From Planctomycetota bacterium (GTDB lineage: Bacteria; Planctomycetota; B15-G4; JADJEK01), in assembly GCA_044225365.1 (NCBI GenBank), contig JBGAIQ010000008.1, positions 97,575 to 161,574 of the forward strand: a stretch of 64,000 nt of DNA. Direction: 5' to 3'. Of this stretch, positions 11,101-20,436 are shown piece by piece. A program made the translations under genes and the position numbers. Position 1 is the first letter of the stretch, and each line of letters starts with the position of its first letter. A model generated the notes under the pieces. It saw nothing but the letters and a program-made list of their open reading frames with translations. It made no database searches and was not told the DNA's origin.

Positions 11101-13080
11101 TACGACTTCGACCTCGACGTCACGCCGTCGCCGTCGGCCACGCTCAACGTCACGGGCGCCGCGCCGCTCGCGATGGGTGGCCCGATCGGCGGCCCGTTCG
11201 GCGCCGTGACCGCCGGCGCGCAGAACTACACGGTCGCGAACACCGGAACCGCGACGCTCAACTGGCAAGCGAACGGCACGCCATCGTGGCTCGTCGTGAG
11301 CCCGTCGAGCGGACAGCTCCAGCCGGGCGGCTCGCAGAATGTCGTCGTCTCGGTCGCCGGATCGGGCAATGCCAATCCCGCGCTCTTCGCGGCGGGTTCG
11401 TACTCGGGACAGCTCACGTTCACGAATCTCTCGGGCGGCGGCGGTGACAGCGCAGTCACCGTCGTCCTCGCCGTCTCCTGGACGGGTGTTCCGCAACCTC
11501 TCCTGCATCCGGGAACGGGCTTCTCGGGCGCCACGCCGCAACCTCCCGCCATCGGAAGCGGCACCGGCTCCGACGCCACCGCGATCGCCCGCTGGGACGT
11601 GATCCCGTATCAGACGATGAAGTCCGATTTCGAGGTCGGCGTCGTCGCCTTCCACATCGCCGGGATCGATCGCGTCGACTTCTGCGCGAACGGTGGCGCC
11701 TGGTATTCGTCGACACAGATGTCGCTGAATCCGCGGACGAAGGTGTGGGAGTACTACGGCATCCTCCCCAGTTCCGAGTTCCCCACCGACGGGCTCGTCG
11801 AAATCCGTGCGATCGCGTATCCGGTCGTGGGCATCCCGCGCGTCCTGCCCTCGATGTACGTCTACTCGAACGTCCATGGCACGTACGCGGAAGTCGAGAA
11901 GTTCGTCTCGACCGCGGGCAACGACACCACGGGCGACGGTACGCAGAGCAAGCCGTGGCACTCGATCAACAAGGCGATCAGCGCCGTCGGGGACGGCGGC
12001 ACCATCACGATCATCGGGGCGGGCGAATATCCCGTCTCGTCGCAGAGCCAGACGCTCGTGAACTCACGGTGGCTTACGATCCGCAGCGGGGCCGGACTGA
12101 CCTCGTCCGACGTGTCGATCGTGCCCGCGAGCGGGATGACCGAGGTTCGACCGAAGGTGCATCGCGTGCGCTGGCAGGGCGTCGGATTCGACTTCTCGAA
12201 GATGTATCAGGTCTATCCCGAACCGACCGACGACATCTGGTTCGACCAAGCGCGGTTCTTCGACTCCGCCGGATGGACGCATCAGATGCTGATGCAGCCC
12301 GTGCGGTCGACGGACGCGGTCGCCGGCGTCTACGCGACGGGATCGACCGCGACGAACATGCTCTACGGGTTCATCGATTTCACGCTGGTGCGCGACTGCA
12401 CGATGAACAAGCTCTCCGGCGACGCGCTCTCCAGCACGCGGCTCGTCGTGAACACGAGCGTCACCGAACTCAGCAATCTGGTGATCCCGTCGTTCCACTC
12501 CGATCTGTGCCAGCACTTCGGAACGTGGGAGAACTTCATCATGTACGGGGTGAAGGGCACGAACCTGATCGGGATCCAATCGATCTTCGACGACCACACC
12601 TCGAGCACGTTCAAGGACTGCGCGTTCGTCAATTTCCTCGCCGACAACAATTCCGGCAACCCGCCGTTCAGTCAGCTCTGCTCGCCCCACGATCACGTCC
12701 TCTTCATCAACGTGACGCTGCTCGGGCAGCTCATGGACATGCGCGACGATCTCGCCGCTCCCGAGACCTTCACCGCGAAGAACGTGCTGTTCGAGAACTG
12801 CCTGATGTACCGCCTATCGCACAGCGCCGGGCCGGGCCTGCCGAGCGGCGTCACCGTCAAGACGAGTCACTTCATCACGGGCGAACTCCACGGCCAGAGC
12901 CCGACGAGCGGCGCGGTCACGTTCGTCAACGGCGCGGGCGGCGCGTTCGGTTACTCCGGAGCCGGCGCGAGCCAGCTCGTGGCGAGTGGTACGAGCGTCC
13001 CGAAGTTCCTCGATCCGAATCTGTGGAACGCCAGCGCGACCAAGCCGAATCGCGGCGCGTTCACCTACGATCATCCCTGA
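8158..13080 (+). CDS. Large secreted multidomain protein: M36/M4-like Zn metallopeptidase, PPC-like domain, 3 BACON-like repeats, C-terminal DUF1565/beta-helix
   Basis: Signal-like LGSLAWLALFL..SAFA; PepSY-like IVDAESGKIL; SHEYIH, EGLADFFA, EEHQNGEIF; three GPxGGPF...N-G-x-L-x-W...WL repeats; GNDTTGDGTQSKPWHSINKA. Exact start uncertain. Confidence 0.8.
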   Translation: MIDIGNPPLNTHLGPDSNRTPSISRSILGSLAWLALFLPPQSSAFAAPPMTGATPEPGVSDYVSFAAEPAPSEAIESALEFLDRESERPFHRTHSAPAVTGGTGSEGLSRLVRLHGGRWRSSHADPSAAAMEFLAKHGPLLGFDPANGWQLTPRVLRDGALVMFECSAAGVPIEGARIGVTLDGKVVTAAVSRLPQATTTALPTFRIGEATAIAAARARRASGATIPNGAMSTPDAERRFVLVQGALVPAYRVSERSADGTIAIDTIVDAESGKILATENLVLEGGPKYPYNGSLVPFKTGPAIGGVYANLGDALANKPKNVELKVEQGIPAPVNVAKGRLIGAHADVWDAGGQPVLEPGQKFIYGPFGNDADAFDQTNVFYQIEKTRNHLKHQIGSLLTPNASLPVLVNVPSATLGGSYSAATFPVDGHTAGYLTFFDASATLGPAGDSSRDPTLVSHEYIHAWLALEHQEFTGNQDDPSRAIGEGLADFFALSCQGGSVMNGYLENVSPGSGFLRDLASDQRFPYTTAAAMEFNPSHLPEEHQNGEIFGAMLLDLRRALGTAATEQLVFRALPIMPHALSDVGILAVTPDDAFTATDLFFGECARALLIASKDAKEAGAVLGAACARGLMNGTLNSQQILLELEQVPAKKFVLQSTVVAPGVVQEFLFSAIEGGVLSIKAKTASNSDLQPDVEVFAADGSNVGVATPQAKIFKKDGRSVTLNGVQLGIPGVGLYRVRVRGTGSTTGDYSLTLDLKSGSSQSQTDLVVQPLDPFVASGPAGGPFETSGGVYQIMNVGSDPIVWSLSSHPSWVVADVAGGVLNSGDFATVTLGVDPTATTGLVVGAYDSMVSFANLSAPGAPEIASLDSYLAILATPQGTLDITSPGLVQSAGPVGGPFSPSSMSFTVANNGTAPLNWKAATVATWLSLSSFGGQLDPGQSVNVSASLVTSGPNAAGLLPIGSYTGTIDFTNLSNGIGDASYDFDLDVTPSPSATLNVTGAAPLAMGGPIGGPFGAVTAGAQNYTVANTGTATLNWQANGTPSWLVVSPSSGQLQPGGSQNVVVSVAGSGNANPALFAAGSYSGQLTFTNLSGGGGDSAVTVVLAVSWTGVPQPLLHPGTGFSGATPQPPAIGSGTGSDATAIARWDVIPYQTMKSDFEVGVVAFHIAGIDRVDFCANGGAWYSSTQMSLNPRTKVWEYYGILPSSEFPTDGLVEIRAIAYPVVGIPRVLPSMYVYSNVHGTYAEVEKFVSTAGNDTTGDGTQSKPWHSINKAISAVGDGGTITIIGAGEYPVSSQSQTLVNSRWLTIRSGAGLTSSDVSIVPASGMTEVRPKVHRVRWQGVGFDFSKMYQVYPEPTDDIWFDQARFFDSAGWTHQMLMQPVRSTDAVAGVYATGSTATNMLYGFIDFTLVRDCTMNKLSGDALSSTRLVVNTSVTELSNLVIPSFHSDLCQHFGTWENFIMYGVKGTNLIGIQSIFDDHTSSTFKDCAFVNFLADNNSGNPPFSQLCSPHDHVLFINVTLLGQLMDMRDDLAAPETFTAKNVLFENCLMYRLSHSAGPGLPSGVTVKTSHFITGELHGQSPTSGAVTFVNGAGGAFGYSGAGASQLVASGTSVPKFLDPNLWNASATKPNRGAFTYDHP
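10441..11480 (+). repeat. Three tandem ~110-aa BACON-like protein repeats
   Basis: SGPAGGPF/AGPVGGPF/GGPIGGPF; each followed by a W..WV/WL segment, G-L-(N/D/Q)-(S/P)-G and Y...F-(A/T)-NLS. Confidence 0.75.
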
Positions 13081-13092
13081 TCGATCGCCACC

Positions 13093-14529
13093 TCAGACGC
13101 GGCGGAGCGACTCGAACGTGCGCCAGGGACGCCAACCGAACGCGGCGACCGAGAGTCCGAAGATCACGAGGATGAACGCCACGCCGAGTGCGACCTTCTC
13201 CTGCCACGGCGCACCCGAGAACCAGTTCGCTCGCACGAACGCGACGACGCCGACGATGACTCCGAGTCCGAGGAGCGGCCGCGCCGTGTAGGCGATGGGC
13301 AGATTCTGCTTCACCTTCAGGCGGGCGATGTCGACGACGAGTGCGACCGACTCACCCACCATCGACGCGACGACGACGAAGTACATCGGCGCCCCGCGCA
13401 TCGCGGCGAAGAGCGCCGGGATCATGAGGGAGATGCGGAACAGGTTCGCGATCAGCACCTGGCGCGTGTCCCCCTTCGCGAAAGCCGCGTGCGTCGTCGT
13501 CGAGCGCATGAGTCGCACGGCGTGCATCACCGCGATGACACCGACCACCGTCACGCTCTGACTGAATTGCGGACCGTACGCGACGCGCACGAGGAAATCC
13601 CCGAAGCACAAGAAGCCCACCGCGAAGGAACAGGCCACGGGGAAGAGCACCTGCATCGAGCGCCGGTACCGCATCCCATAGTCCTTGTCGAGGTCCTGCA
13701 CGTCGGACAGGATCGGGAGGACGAGTTGTCGGTTGATGAGATTCGTCGTCGCCGCCATCGCTGCCGTGATGCCGACGGCCGCGGAGAAGAGTCCGAGGTC
13801 GTGCACGTCGTAGTACTTGCCGATCAGCAACTGATCGCCGTACTGGATCCCGAACAACAGCAATCCGTTGGCGAGCAATGGCCAGCCGAAGTGCATCAGG
13901 CGCTGTGTCATCGCCTTGTCGAAGCGCCAGCGATAGGGACGCTCCGCCAGCCAGTGCGACGCGATCAGGTTGATCACGGCCTTCAGGATCGTGAGGGACA
14001 GGAGTGCGCGATAGTCATCGAAGTACTTCGCCGCAGGCCAGGCGCAGGCGAGCAATGCGAGATCGGTCGCGAGGTCGAACGTGACGCGCGGCGCGAAGCG
14101 CATCGATCGCTGATACCGCGTGAGGTCGGTATGCATGAACCCGCGGACGATCGGGATGAGCGCAAGCATGCGGAACGAATCGACGATGTGCGGAGAGTTG
14201 AAGATGCTCGCAACGAGCGGAGCCGCGAGGAAGACGAGCACCGCGAGGACGATTCCGCGGATCGCGAGGATTCCGTGGAGCGACGCCTGCATCTCCGGCT
14301 CGTCGCCGTCCTTGGCCTGAACGAGCAGCGTTTCCGGCGAGAGGCTCGTCGTGAGATCGAAGAAGTACTCCGTCACCGCGAACATCGCGCCGACGCCGAA
14401 ATCGGCGGGCTTCAACAGGCGCGCGACGATGCCGTTGCGCAGCAGGCCGAGGAAGCGGCTGCCCGCCTGCCCCGCGCCCAGCACGAGCGTTCCCTTCACG
14501 ATTCGACGACCGAGCTTCGCCCCACTCAC
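13093..14529 (-). CDS. wzx: Oligosaccharide flippase (Wzx/PST family)
   Basis: ARLLKPADFG, FGWPL, DQLLIGKY, LGLFS; polytopic membrane protein. Confidence 0.9.
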   Translation of the reverse strand: MSGAKLGRRIVKGTLVLGAGQAGSRFLGLLRNGIVARLLKPADFGVGAMFAVTEYFFDLTTSLSPETLLVQAKDGDEPEMQASLHGILAIRGIVLAVLVFLAAPLVASIFNSPHIVDSFRMLALIPIVRGFMHTDLTRYQRSMRFAPRVTFDLATDLALLACAWPAAKYFDDYRALLSLTILKAVINLIASHWLAERPYRWRFDKAMTQRLMHFGWPLLANGLLLFGIQYGDQLLIGKYYDVHDLGLFSAAVGITAAMAATTNLINRQLVLPILSDVQDLDKDYGMRYRRSMQVLFPVACSFAVGFLCFGDFLVRVAYGPQFSQSVTVVGVIAVMHAVRLMRSTTTHAAFAKGDTRQVLIANLFRISLMIPALFAAMRGAPMYFVVVASMVGESVALVVDIARLKVKQNLPIAYTARPLLGLGVIVGVVAFVRANWFSGAPWQEKVALGVAFILVIFGLSVAAFGWRPWRTFESLRRV

Positions 14530-15596
14530 GCGATCACCTGCTCACTCGAGCTCTCGCTCGACGAGCGCCCGCGCGAAGTCCGCGGCCCGCGCCATCCGCG
14601 CATTCTCGGCAGCACTTCGAGTTCGAGAAACGCCTCAGGCGCGTCCGCCGCGTGCAACGACACTCGCGACAATTCGAGCGGCGAGACTCCAGGCGGAGAG
14701 TGTCGGCCATCGACGACGAAGGCGGTCGAATGCCGAGTGCTCGCGAGGATCTTCCATACCGGAGAATCCTCCGCCGCCGGGGCGCCGTAGGGAAAGCTGA
14801 ACGAACGGATCCGGCGCGCCGCGAGTTCTTCGAGCCGACGCTGATTGCCCGCGATCTCCTCGTGCGCGAGCTCCGCATCCGCGGAGAGGCCTTCAGCGTG
14901 GACATGACTCGTGGTGTGATTCCCGATCTCGATCCCCGACTCCATGAGGGGCGCGATCATCGACGAGTCGAGATAGAGCGCGTCGGCCCGGGCGCGCCGC
15001 AGGGGTTCGTCCCCCGTCGTGCTGAGCAGAGCCACGTGCAGATTCGCTCGTCGCTCGCTCGTCCAACGAGAGATCGCCGCGAAGACCTCGCGGAGCGTGC
15101 TCGCCACGATTCCGTGATTCGCGAAGACTTGCACGCCTCGAGTGTTCGCGACGTAGGCGATCAGATTGTCGAGCGCGATCGTGGCGTGATCGAGAACGTT
15201 CGAATTGACGTAGAAGACGGACGGGATGCCGCGCGCTTTCAGGTACGGCGCGCACTGCAGCGCAACGCTGCGATAGGCGTCGTCGAAGGTGACGAGCACC
15301 GTCGGCTTCGATCCGGTTCTCGGAGGATCGAGGTATCGATCGAGATCGACGCACTCGTAGTGATGGGCGAGGAAGTCGATGAGGAGACGGAACCGAGCGG
15401 TCGTCACGCGGACGCCGAGGCCGTCGGTGAGCGGTGAGGGTTCGTCGGCGACGTGATGGAACAAGACGCAGCGTCGATACGCGCGCGAGAGCATCCAAAG
15501 GCTTCGCAGGCCAGGCAGCGCGAGGCAACGCGCAGCGGTCCGCAGGAGCCAGGGGAATTTGGAATTCTGCGCGTACAAGCACCGGCTCCGAAACAA
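14526..15596 (-). CDS. Polysaccharide deacetylase (CE4)
   Basis: TFDDAY, GNHTTSH, FSFPYG intact; start uncertain. Confidence 0.87.
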   Translation of the reverse strand: MFRSRCLYAQNSKFPWLLRTAARCLALPGLRSLWMLSRAYRRCVLFHHVADEPSPLTDGLGVRVTTARFRLLIDFLAHHYECVDLDRYLDPPRTGSKPTVLVTFDDAYRSVALQCAPYLKARGIPSVFYVNSNVLDHATIALDNLIAYVANTRGVQVFANHGIVASTLREVFAAISRWTSERRANLHVALLSTTGDEPLRRARADALYLDSSMIAPLMESGIEIGNHTTSHVHAEGLSADAELAHEEIAGNQRRLEELAARRIRSFSFPYGAPAAEDSPVWKILASTRHSTAFVVDGRHSPPGVSPLELSRVSLHAADAPEAFLELEVLPRMRGWRGPRTSRGRSSSESSSEQVIA

Positions 15597-15683
15597 GACA
15601 ACGACCGACGACGGGTCATTCGCGGATCATCGTATCGACACTTCGTGCTGGGCGTCTCCAGCATTGGAGACCTCGTCCCCCCG

Positions 15684-17573
15684 TCAACGATCGCGGCGCG
15701 GGCGTCCGTGTTCGTGCTTCACGAAGTACCCGATCCCGTTCAACAGCTCCTCGACTTGAACCGGCATCGCCTCGTCCGAGTCGTTCGCCTTGAATCGCGG
15801 CAGTGATTCGATCGCCTTCCTCAGGCGTGCGACGATCTCGGGATGGGCATCCTTCACATCCGTGCCCTCGGCGTGGTCGTTCACGACGTCGTAGAGGCGC
15901 AGCACCCCCTTCGACGATTCGAGCAGCTTCCAGCGGCCGTCGCACGCCGTCATCCAATCCCCATCGAAGGGCGATGGATCGAACTCGGGATAGTGCTCCT
16001 TGAACAGGTCGAGATAACGCTGTTGATGCCGCATCTGAGCGAACACGAGATCGTCGTCCTGCAGCTCGAGCGCGGGATGATGAGCCCGCGCCCCGCTGTC
16101 GAGGCCGGCGAGATCCGCGATCGTCTCGTAGATGCCATTGGTCTCGACGTTCTTGCTCACGTGCCCCGGAGTGAAACCCGGCAGGTAGCGCACGATCATC
16201 GGCACGCGAAGCAGACACTCGTCGAGTCCGAGCTGGTGACCGAGCAAGCCTCGTTCGCCGAGGCGCTCGCCGTGATCCGCGGTGACGAGGATGGCGCTCT
16301 TGTCGAGCTCGCCGCGATCCTTCAGCCACTCGAAGAACGCGCCGAGGGACCGATCCATCGTGTGCAGGTCGGCGTCGTAGCGAGCGATGACTCGGTCGAG
16401 CGCCGCGCCCTCGGCCTTCAGGTGCCCCGAATCGTAGTCCTCGGAGAAGAACGAGATGTCGGGCGCGGTCCTCGTCTTCTCGTCGAAGAACAACGAGGGC
16501 TCGCTGTCTCCGTACGGCGCGTGAGGATCCATGAGATTCACCATCACGAAGCGCGGCTTCTCCGAGTGCGTGATCCACCAACGCTCGACCCACTCGAGAG
16601 TCGTCGGCGTATCACCTCGCCATCGCCACTCGGCCTCGGCACGACGCGCGCCGGCGAAGAGTGCCGCGATCGAGAAGAGCGGCCGGATCCAAGTCTGGCG
16701 GTACATCTGGTACCCCCGCGCCCAGCCGAGCGATTCCGCGAGATGGGGATTGTTCACGGCGCCGAACGTCGCGTACCCGCCATTGCGCAATCGCTCCGCG
16801 ATCGTCTCGCCCGACGTCGAGAGCGCCCCGTTCTCGATTCCGTGCTCGGCCGGGAGCATTCCCATGAAGATCGACGCATGGGCCGGCACCGTCCACGGCG
16901 CGGCGGACCACGCCCGGTCGTAGATCCGAGCGTCCTCCGCGAAGCGATCGAGGTTCGGCGTCGTCGGCCGAAAGTAGCCGTTCATCGACAGATGGTCGAA
17001 GCGCGTCGTATCGAGGATCAAGAGAACGATGTCGGGAGTACCTTTGCCCCGCAGGCGATTCGAACGAGACGATACGCCATCGCTCGGCCACTGCTTGCTC
17101 CCCGCGTAGTAGACGAGTCCGAGCAGGGCGAGCCCGCAGCCGAGTCCGAAACGGCGCGACGGCAGCAACCGGATCCCGAGCCATTGCGTGAACGCGATCA
17201 CCCCGCAGCCCACCGCGATCGACAACAACGCGATCAGTCCCGCGAGCGAGAGCTCACCGCGACTCGGCGCGAACCACAACATCGTGTGCACCGTGGCGAT
17301 GAACCCGAAATCGAGCGCAGCGGCAAGGGCGATCCGTTCGATCGGACTGCGGCGACGACGCACGATGAGCGCGACGAGGGCCGCGAGAAGGATGATGAAG
17401 CCACAAGCCAGCGCTTCGTTTGGGGAGACGAAGAAGAGCGGATCGATCGCGAACACCAAGGACAGTTCGAGAGCGAACGGCAACGTGGCGGCCGCGAGGA
17501 CGGCGATCCCGAGGACGAGTGTGCGGAAGCGGGTCGACGGGCGAGGATCGCTCGGCATCGTGTTCGAGTCCAT
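15684..17573 (-). CDS. Membrane-anchored sulfatase-like hydrolase/transferase (alkaline phosphatase superfamily)
   Basis: N-terminal TM block; LILDTTRFDH, SAAPWTVPAHAS, NLMDPHAPY, TADHGE, GH, VPMIVR. Confidence 0.85.
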   Translation of the reverse strand: MDSNTMPSDPRPSTRFRTLVLGIAVLAAATLPFALELSLVFAIDPLFFVSPNEALACGFIILLAALVALIVRRRRSPIERIALAAALDFGFIATVHTMLWFAPSRGELSLAGLIALLSIAVGCGVIAFTQWLGIRLLPSRRFGLGCGLALLGLVYYAGSKQWPSDGVSSRSNRLRGKGTPDIVLLILDTTRFDHLSMNGYFRPTTPNLDRFAEDARIYDRAWSAAPWTVPAHASIFMGMLPAEHGIENGALSTSGETIAERLRNGGYATFGAVNNPHLAESLGWARGYQMYRQTWIRPLFSIAALFAGARRAEAEWRWRGDTPTTLEWVERWWITHSEKPRFVMVNLMDPHAPYGDSEPSLFFDEKTRTAPDISFFSEDYDSGHLKAEGAALDRVIARYDADLHTMDRSLGAFFEWLKDRGELDKSAILVTADHGERLGERGLLGHQLGLDECLLRVPMIVRYLPGFTPGHVSKNVETNGIYETIADLAGLDSGARAHHPALELQDDDLVFAQMRHQQRYLDLFKEHYPEFDPSPFDGDWMTACDGRWKLLESSKGVLRLYDVVNDHAEGTDVKDAHPEIVARLRKAIESLPRFKANDSDEAMPVQVEELLNGIGYFVKHEHGRPRRDR

Positions 17574-17984
17574 GCGTTCGGTCAAGTCACGAGACTTCTG
17601 CCCTCGACGAGGCCCCATCGCCTTCCATCTTCGGATCCGAACTCGATTCGTCCCCCAATACGAAGCAAGACGACTCTCGGTCCTATCGGTCAGGAGGATA
17701 CGCGAGAATACCCGCGATGCCATTGCTCGGCCCGATCGATTTCCTGGGTGCCGGGTTCAGAAACGCGAAGCGGTCCTCCGAAGAGTGAGGAGCGGGTGTC
17801 GCATCGGCCCCGCGATCTCCGAACGGAATCCGATCGAATGAATGCCGGACGGCTTTTCGACCGAGACGCTAGATTCACTTTGGATCCGTCGAATCGTCGT
17901 CGCGGCCTCCGGCCGTGTGAAGAGCATGAGTCCAGCAGGAAGCGAGTTCGTGAAGTCCATGAATTCCATGAGTCGAGAGTTTTC

Positions 17985-18713
17985 ATGATCGCGTTTGGCG
18001 TCACGACTCGCGCGATCCGGTACGGCGGGATCTTGGCCCTACTCGTCATCGCATTCGCGGCGAGTGGTTGCTCCACGGGGAAGCCGATCGCTGAGATCGC
18101 AGAGGAGATCGGCAAGACCTATCACCCGGAGACGAACGTCCTCGTCCCTGGCGACATCCTCGACATCAAGTTCAAGTTGCCCGATTGGAATCACCAGACG
18201 CGCGTTCGTCCGGACGGCATGGCTTCGTTCCTCGGCATCGCCGATCTTCCGGCCGCCGGCCGCACCGTCGAGATGTTGGCGAAGACGTTGAACGAGAGAT
18301 ACTCCGGTCTCCTCGCCGAACCCACGGTGAGCGTGCTGCTCACGACGCTCGCCACCCGCGAGGTCATCGTGATGGGAGAGGTCCAGAAACCGGGCGCGAT
18401 CCCCGTCGATCGGGGGCGTCTCACGCTGATCGAGGCGATCGGTCGCGCGGGCGGGCCCGTCGCTTCGACCAACCTGCTCGAGAACACTCTGCTCGTCCGA
18501 TGGGATCCGAAGGAGCAGCGTCAGGTAGCATGGCTCATCGACGCCAGCCCCGAACAATGGACTTCGGAAGCGCCGATCTATCTCCAACCTTTCGACGTCG
18601 TGTGGGTCCCCAACAAGCGCATCGTTCAGGTGGACATCTGGGTCGAGCAGCACATCACGCGGCTCATCCCGATCCCTGGCGGTGCTCCGATCTCCCCCGC
18701 AACGGGTCGCTGA
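17985..18713 (+). CDS. wza: Polysaccharide export lipoprotein (Wza/Poly_export + SLBB)
   Basis: Lipobox AASGC; LVPGDIL, VRPDG, VMGEVQKPG, LIEAIGRAGG, LQPFDVVWVP. Confidence 0.88.
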   Translation: MIAFGVTTRAIRYGGILALLVIAFAASGCSTGKPIAEIAEEIGKTYHPETNVLVPGDILDIKFKLPDWNHQTRVRPDGMASFLGIADLPAAGRTVEMLAKTLNERYSGLLAEPTVSVLLTTLATREVIVMGEVQKPGAIPVDRGRLTLIEAIGRAGGPVASTNLLENTLLVRWDPKEQRQVAWLIDASPEQWTSEAPIYLQPFDVVWVPNKRIVQVDIWVEQHITRLIPIPGGAPISPATGR

Positions 18714-18720
18714 GGGCATC

Positions 18721-20436
18721 GTGAACTCGACCAACTGGCACTACGAGGAATTGCGACGACAACACGCGGCGGCGCTCCTCGGCCCCGTCTCCGAACCGCA
18801 GGACGATGGCGACGATCGCACTCCGACCCTCTCCGAGTTCGTCGACATCGGGGCGAAGCGTTCCCGCGCGGTGATCGGGGCCATGTTCCTGGTCGGCACG
18901 CTCGGCGGCGTCTTCGTCTCGTTGATCCAACCGAACAAGTTCATCTCGACCGGACAATTCATGGTCCGTTCCGGCGCACGCGAGCAGTCGACGCCCGAGA
19001 GCACGGTCGACACGCAGTTCGCGACGCGTGGAAACTTCGGCGGCGGCGCCGACGAGGTGCATCTGCTCTCCGACCCGGAGATCTGCAGACGAGTCGCGCA
19101 GGAGGTCGGACCCGAGAACATCCTGCAGCCCTACGATCCCGCGAGCGAGGATACCGAGCAGACGAACGGCTTCCTGCGCTTCATCCATCGCTTCCAATCG
19201 ACCTGGTTCAAGTCGCTCTCGCCGGTCTCCGACGAGGACAAGAAGACTCATTCGCCCGCGGCGATCGAAGCCGCGATGACGCTGATCCAGAACAATCTCA
19301 CACTGGACTGCGAACGCAATTCGAACGTAGTCGTGGTCGGTTACGCGACGCACTCGCCTGCGCTCGCGCAGCGCGTCGTTTCCGCCTTCCTCCGCGCCGG
19401 ACAGATCCGCCACAGCGAGGTCTACGCACCCGGACGGCAATTGAGCCTCGTCTCCGAGCAAGCACAGCAGGCCGCGACGCAGTACGAGGCTGCGGCGTCG
19501 ACGTTCGAAGCCGCCAAGGCCGAGTGCGGGTTCTACGACATCACGGTGCAGAAGAAGGACCTCATCACTCGCATCGCGCTCCACGAGGCGCAGCTCAAGG
19601 ACGACGAGACTCATCTGAAGTCCCTCGATTCCCAGATCCAGTTCATCACCGATGAGATCGGCAAGACGCCGCAGACGGTCGCGACGACCCTGCCGCTGCA
19701 GCCGATGCCGAACCCGAAGTACACCGAACTGACTTCCAGCATCGCGAAGCTCAACGACGAGCTCGGCAAGCTCGGCGACGTCTACTCCCCCAACTCCGCT
19801 GAGTACAAGCGTCGCGACAAGGACCTGCGCGACCGACTCGGCAAGCTCGAGACGGAGCGCAATGCGACGCCGTTCCAGATCACGACGGAGTCGACCGCCG
19901 TCACGTCGATCCAAAATCCCGTCTACGAAGACCTCGTCAAACGCCGCATCGAGATCGAGCAGCAGCGCCGCGGACTCGCCGAATCCATTCGAGCGAATCG
20001 CGGGAGCTTGAAGGAGGAGAACGCAACGTTGGAGAAGCTCCTGCTCTGCGAGCCGTCGCACCTCAAGATGGCGCAGGACGTCGAGTACCTCGCGCAACAG
20101 TTGAAGCGCCTCACCACCGCTCGCGACAACACCGAAGTGCTGAACCTCGTGAATCGCGATGCAACGATGAGCAACCTGCTCGTGCTCCAAGAAGCCACTC
20201 TGCCGGCCGAGAAAGCGGGACCGGTCCGCGCCAAGATCGTCGGCGTCGGGATCGCGCTCGGATTGTTCCTCGGGCTCGGGATCGCCATGCTCCGCTTCAT
20301 GCTCGACACCAAACTGCGCAGCCGCGAGCGCGCCGAGCGCCTGCTCGGCCTCCACGTGCTCGCGGTCGTCCCCGAGTCGGCTTCCTGGAAGCGCCGCGGG
20401 ATGACACTCCTGCCCCCGAGTGGAGCCGTGCGATGA
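18721..20436 (+). CDS. Polysaccharide co-polymerase / chain-length determinant (Wzc N-domain, GumC-like)
   Basis: Two TM segments flanking a long coiled coil; YSPNS; C-terminal LDTKLRS...LGLHVLAVVP. Confidence 0.88.
   Translation: MNSTNWHYEELRRQHAAALLGPVSEPQDDGDDRTPTLSEFVDIGAKRSRAVIGAMFLVGTLGGVFVSLIQPNKFISTGQFMVRSGAREQSTPESTVDTQFATRGNFGGGADEVHLLSDPEICRRVAQEVGPENILQPYDPASEDTEQTNGFLRFIHRFQSTWFKSLSPVSDEDKKTHSPAAIEAAMTLIQNNLTLDCERNSNVVVVGYATHSPALAQRVVSAFLRAGQIRHSEVYAPGRQLSLVSEQAQQAATQYEAAASTFEAAKAECGFYDITVQKKDLITRIALHEAQLKDDETHLKSLDSQIQFITDEIGKTPQTVATTLPLQPMPNPKYTELTSSIAKLNDELGKLGDVYSPNSAEYKRRDKDLRDRLGKLETERNATPFQITTESTAVTSIQNPVYEDLVKRRIEIEQQRRGLAESIRANRGSLKEENATLEKLLLCEPSHLKMAQDVEYLAQQLKRLTTARDNTEVLNLVNRDATMSNLLVLQEATLPAEKAGPVRAKIVGVGIALGLFLGLGIAMLRFMLDTKLRSRERAERLLGLHVLAVVPESASWKRRGMTLLPPSGAVR

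Noticed and set aside
15843-17984. 956-aa ORF 15843-18713 as a giant Wza
   Set aside because: The upstream part is the antisense shadow of the sulfatase-like gene; the lipoprotein signal begins at 17985
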